Of a DNA stretch of 64,000 bases, positions 62,007-64,000 are shown piece by piece; the stretch's first letter is position 1, and each line of letters starts with the position of its first letter. The notes beneath the pieces are model-generated. The model made no database searches, was not told the DNA's origin, and worked only from the letters and a program-made list of their open reading frames with translations. This DNA is from Felis catus (Eukaryota). The position numbers and the translations under genes were made by a program. The stretch lies in contig NC_058369.1 in NCBI RefSeq assembly GCF_018350175.1, forward strand, positions 26,910,001 through 26,974,000. The letters are read 5' to 3'.

Positions 62007-62200
62007 CTTGGGAGCATTAAAATTAATAGAACTTATGATCTTGAGTTCTACTCATTTGTGAATGTGTTTTCAGTAAGTACACATAATTGGGGTTGGGATC
62101 TGACAGTCCCTTATATATATAACCACCATGAATATACATAGAGTTTTATACCATTAATATTTCAAGGGGTTTGATTCATGATTTTATAAAATGAACACAC

Positions 62201-62260
62201 CCATGAAATGAACTAATGCAGAAAACAAATCTTATTGTAGAGTAGTGGGATGCTCCATAC
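62201..62260 (-). pseudogene. Fossil exon B2 (60 nt, phase 1->1)
   Basis: Acceptor aatgttttatag|, donor ATGG|gtgtgt; MEHPTTLQ*DLFSALVHFM. Confidence 0.6.
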
Positions 62261-62477
62261 CTATAAAACATTGGGATTAAAAGTTCTAAGACAATATTTT
62301 GGCCCAAAGCCCTAATCCTTTCTATAGAATTCTGGGGCAGAGAAGACGATAGAGGGAGTACAGTGAAGGGAAGGTGGGTGGGGTCAGGGAAGTGTAATCA
62401 CATTTTGCAAGGATCTCATGGATGAGTGGGTCAGTGCTTTATTTCCAAGAGGCAAATTTTTTAGCATTGGTTATCAC

Positions 62478-62807
62478 CAGATTTTTCTCTAGGCATTGTT
62501 GTTTTGTTTTCCATCAAAGTTTACTTTTCCCAGTCCTTGTCTACTCTACTTTTTGACACTTTCCTCCTGGAGGCTCAGATTCTGAGCTCGTTCTAATGAA
62601 GGTAGGAGAAATATTCTACACTTTAGCCATACCAGTCAGTGGTGTCTGAATTTAGTTGTGCTTCCACAAAATTGTTTGTTATGTCCAGAAGGAGCTTGAA
62701 GGGTTGAATAAACTCATACAACTTGGTATGTCATCATTAGTTGCCCTACTTAGTACTCTGGTTCCCCATTGGGACTCTGATACTCTGTCTTTGACAGGCT
62801 CCTATTC
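62478..62807 (-). pseudogene. Fossil exon B (330 nt, phase 1->1)
   Basis: Acceptor tatctacctcaag|, donor TCTG|gtgata; contains KLYEFIQPFKLLLDITNNFVEAQLNSD but 8 stops, so the frame alone is weak evidence. Confidence 0.5.
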
Positions 62808-62902
62808 CTTGAGGTAGATATAATATTTTAATTAAAACAAAAGACAAGCATCATTAACAAAAATCTTAAATTTGTTTCTCCAAGATTTAACTATGCTTGT
62901 CT

Positions 62903-63118
62903 TTAAATTTTTTTTAAATGTTTATTTATTTTTGAGAGAGACAGAAAGAGTGCACCTGCGTGAACCAGGGAGGGGCAGAGAGAGAGAGGGAGACTGAGCA
63001 TCTGAAGCAGGCTCTGTGCTGAAGCAGAGGGCCTGATGCAGGGCTTGAACTCATGAACTGTGAGATCATGACCTGAGCCAAAATTGGACGCTTAACCGAA
63101 TGGACCACCCAGGCACCC
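62903..63118 (-). mobile_element. CanSINE
   Basis: Typical body. Confidence 0.93.
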
Positions 63119-63434
63119 TGTAACTTTATGGTTTTTATATTTAGTAATTTATGAAAGTCATATCTAATAACTTTCAAGTGTTGACATCAAAGGGTGAAAA
63201 GTAGTGACTGCTTTAAGAATTATATAAATTTCTGAGTAATAAGGTCAAAAGGTGAAAATTTAACAGATGTCATAGATTTTGAAGTTAATATAATGTATAG
63301 GCATGTTTATCAGAATTAAGTGTGTTTATGAAGAATTTTACTAAAAGAATTTTAGGTATTTTCAGTTTTTACTTATGTAATGAAAGATTTAAAAGTTTTA
63401 AGAACTCATATGGTTCTGGTTGCCCAGAACCATA

Positions 63435-63641
63435 GGGGCACCTGGGTGGCTCGGTTAAAAGTCCGACTTTAGCTCAGATCATGATCTCACAGTTGGTGAG
63501 TTCGAGCCCCTGCATTGGGCTCTGTGCTGACAGTTCAGAGCCTGGAACCTGCATCCGATTCTGTGTTTCGTTCTCTCTCTGACCCTCCCCCACTTGTGCT
63601 CTGTCTCTGTCTCTCAAAAATAAATAAATGTAAAAAAAAAA
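63435..63641 (+). mobile_element. CanSINE with extra 5' hairpin
   Basis: Degenerate TSD tttaaa(a)gtttt(a/g)agaact at about 63388 and 63642. Confidence 0.93.
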
Positions 63642-63673
63642 TTTAAAGTTTTGAGAACTGTATAATGCTTAAC

Positions 63674-63789
63674 CCTGAGAACTTCTGAGAATATGCAAAA
63701 GAAATGCTAATGTAACATCAAATACATCAAAAATTGAAAATGAAAGTCCATCATGCTGAAGAAAATCATTTATAAAGAAACAAAAATGT
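63674..63789 (-). pseudogene. Fossil exon A (116 nt, phase 2->1)
   Basis: Acceptor tttttctctttcattttcag|, donor CAGG|gttaag; open frame HFCFFINDFLQHDGLSFSIFDVFDVTLAFLLHILRSSQ. Confidence 0.7.
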
Positions 63790-64000
63790 CTGAAAATGAA
63801 AGAGAAAAACTCCATAGGACTAAAGAAATAGAAAAACGCATATAAATGCTCATAATCTATAATCATGTAGAAAAGCATAATTCAGTAAATTTGTGTTAAA
63901 ATGGGATTTTATTATATATTATATAATATAATGTTTATTATATTACATATATACACATAGTACATACTATGATATATATTATAATATGTACCTTATTATA

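Larger units (their letters stand above)
24073..63789 (-). pseudogene. Decayed large multi-exon gene (about 26 candidate exons), identity unknown; 5' end lies beyond the right edge and 3' end is not seen
   Basis: Manually read minus-strand segments bounded by AG acceptors and GT donors, located in repeat-free islands, with long phase-compatible runs and stop/frameshift-interrupted frames; individual exons listed below. Confidence 0.75.

Noticed and set aside
24073..63789. Treating the exon chain as a live gene or giving it a symbol
   Set aside because: Many stops, frameshifts and damaged splice sites; no confident match to any protein I recall
1..64000. CRISPR-like array or prokaryotic system
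   Set aside because: No repeat-spacer periodicity; the sequence is mammalian

Overview
Mammalian nuclear DNA, almost certainly a felid: the young SINEs match the cat CanSINE/SINEC_Fc type, and carnivore/felid L1 3' ends are present. It is AT-rich and dominated by interspersed repeats: about 26 CanSINEs (many with visible target-site duplications), a multi-layer nested L1 cluster at about 6.2-18.8 kb, older L1M/HAL1-like, L2 and MIR fragments, two MLT1 solo LTRs, one ERV-type solo LTR and several DNA transposon relics. I see no intact protein-coding gene, tRNA/rRNA gene or CRISPR array. Main observation: the repeat-free islands between about 24 kb and 63.8 kb contain about 26 exon-shaped segments, all on the minus strand. 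They have pyrimidine-rich/AG acceptors, GT donors, largely compatible intron phases and protein-like reading frames broken by stops and frameshifts (about 5.7 kb, roughly 1,900 codons). This looks like the fossil of a large, intron-containing, anciently inactivated gene (candidate unitary pseudogene) that I cannot name from sequence alone. Repeat subfamily names are from recalled consensus sequences, not from a search, and boundaries without a quoted TSD or splice site are approximate.
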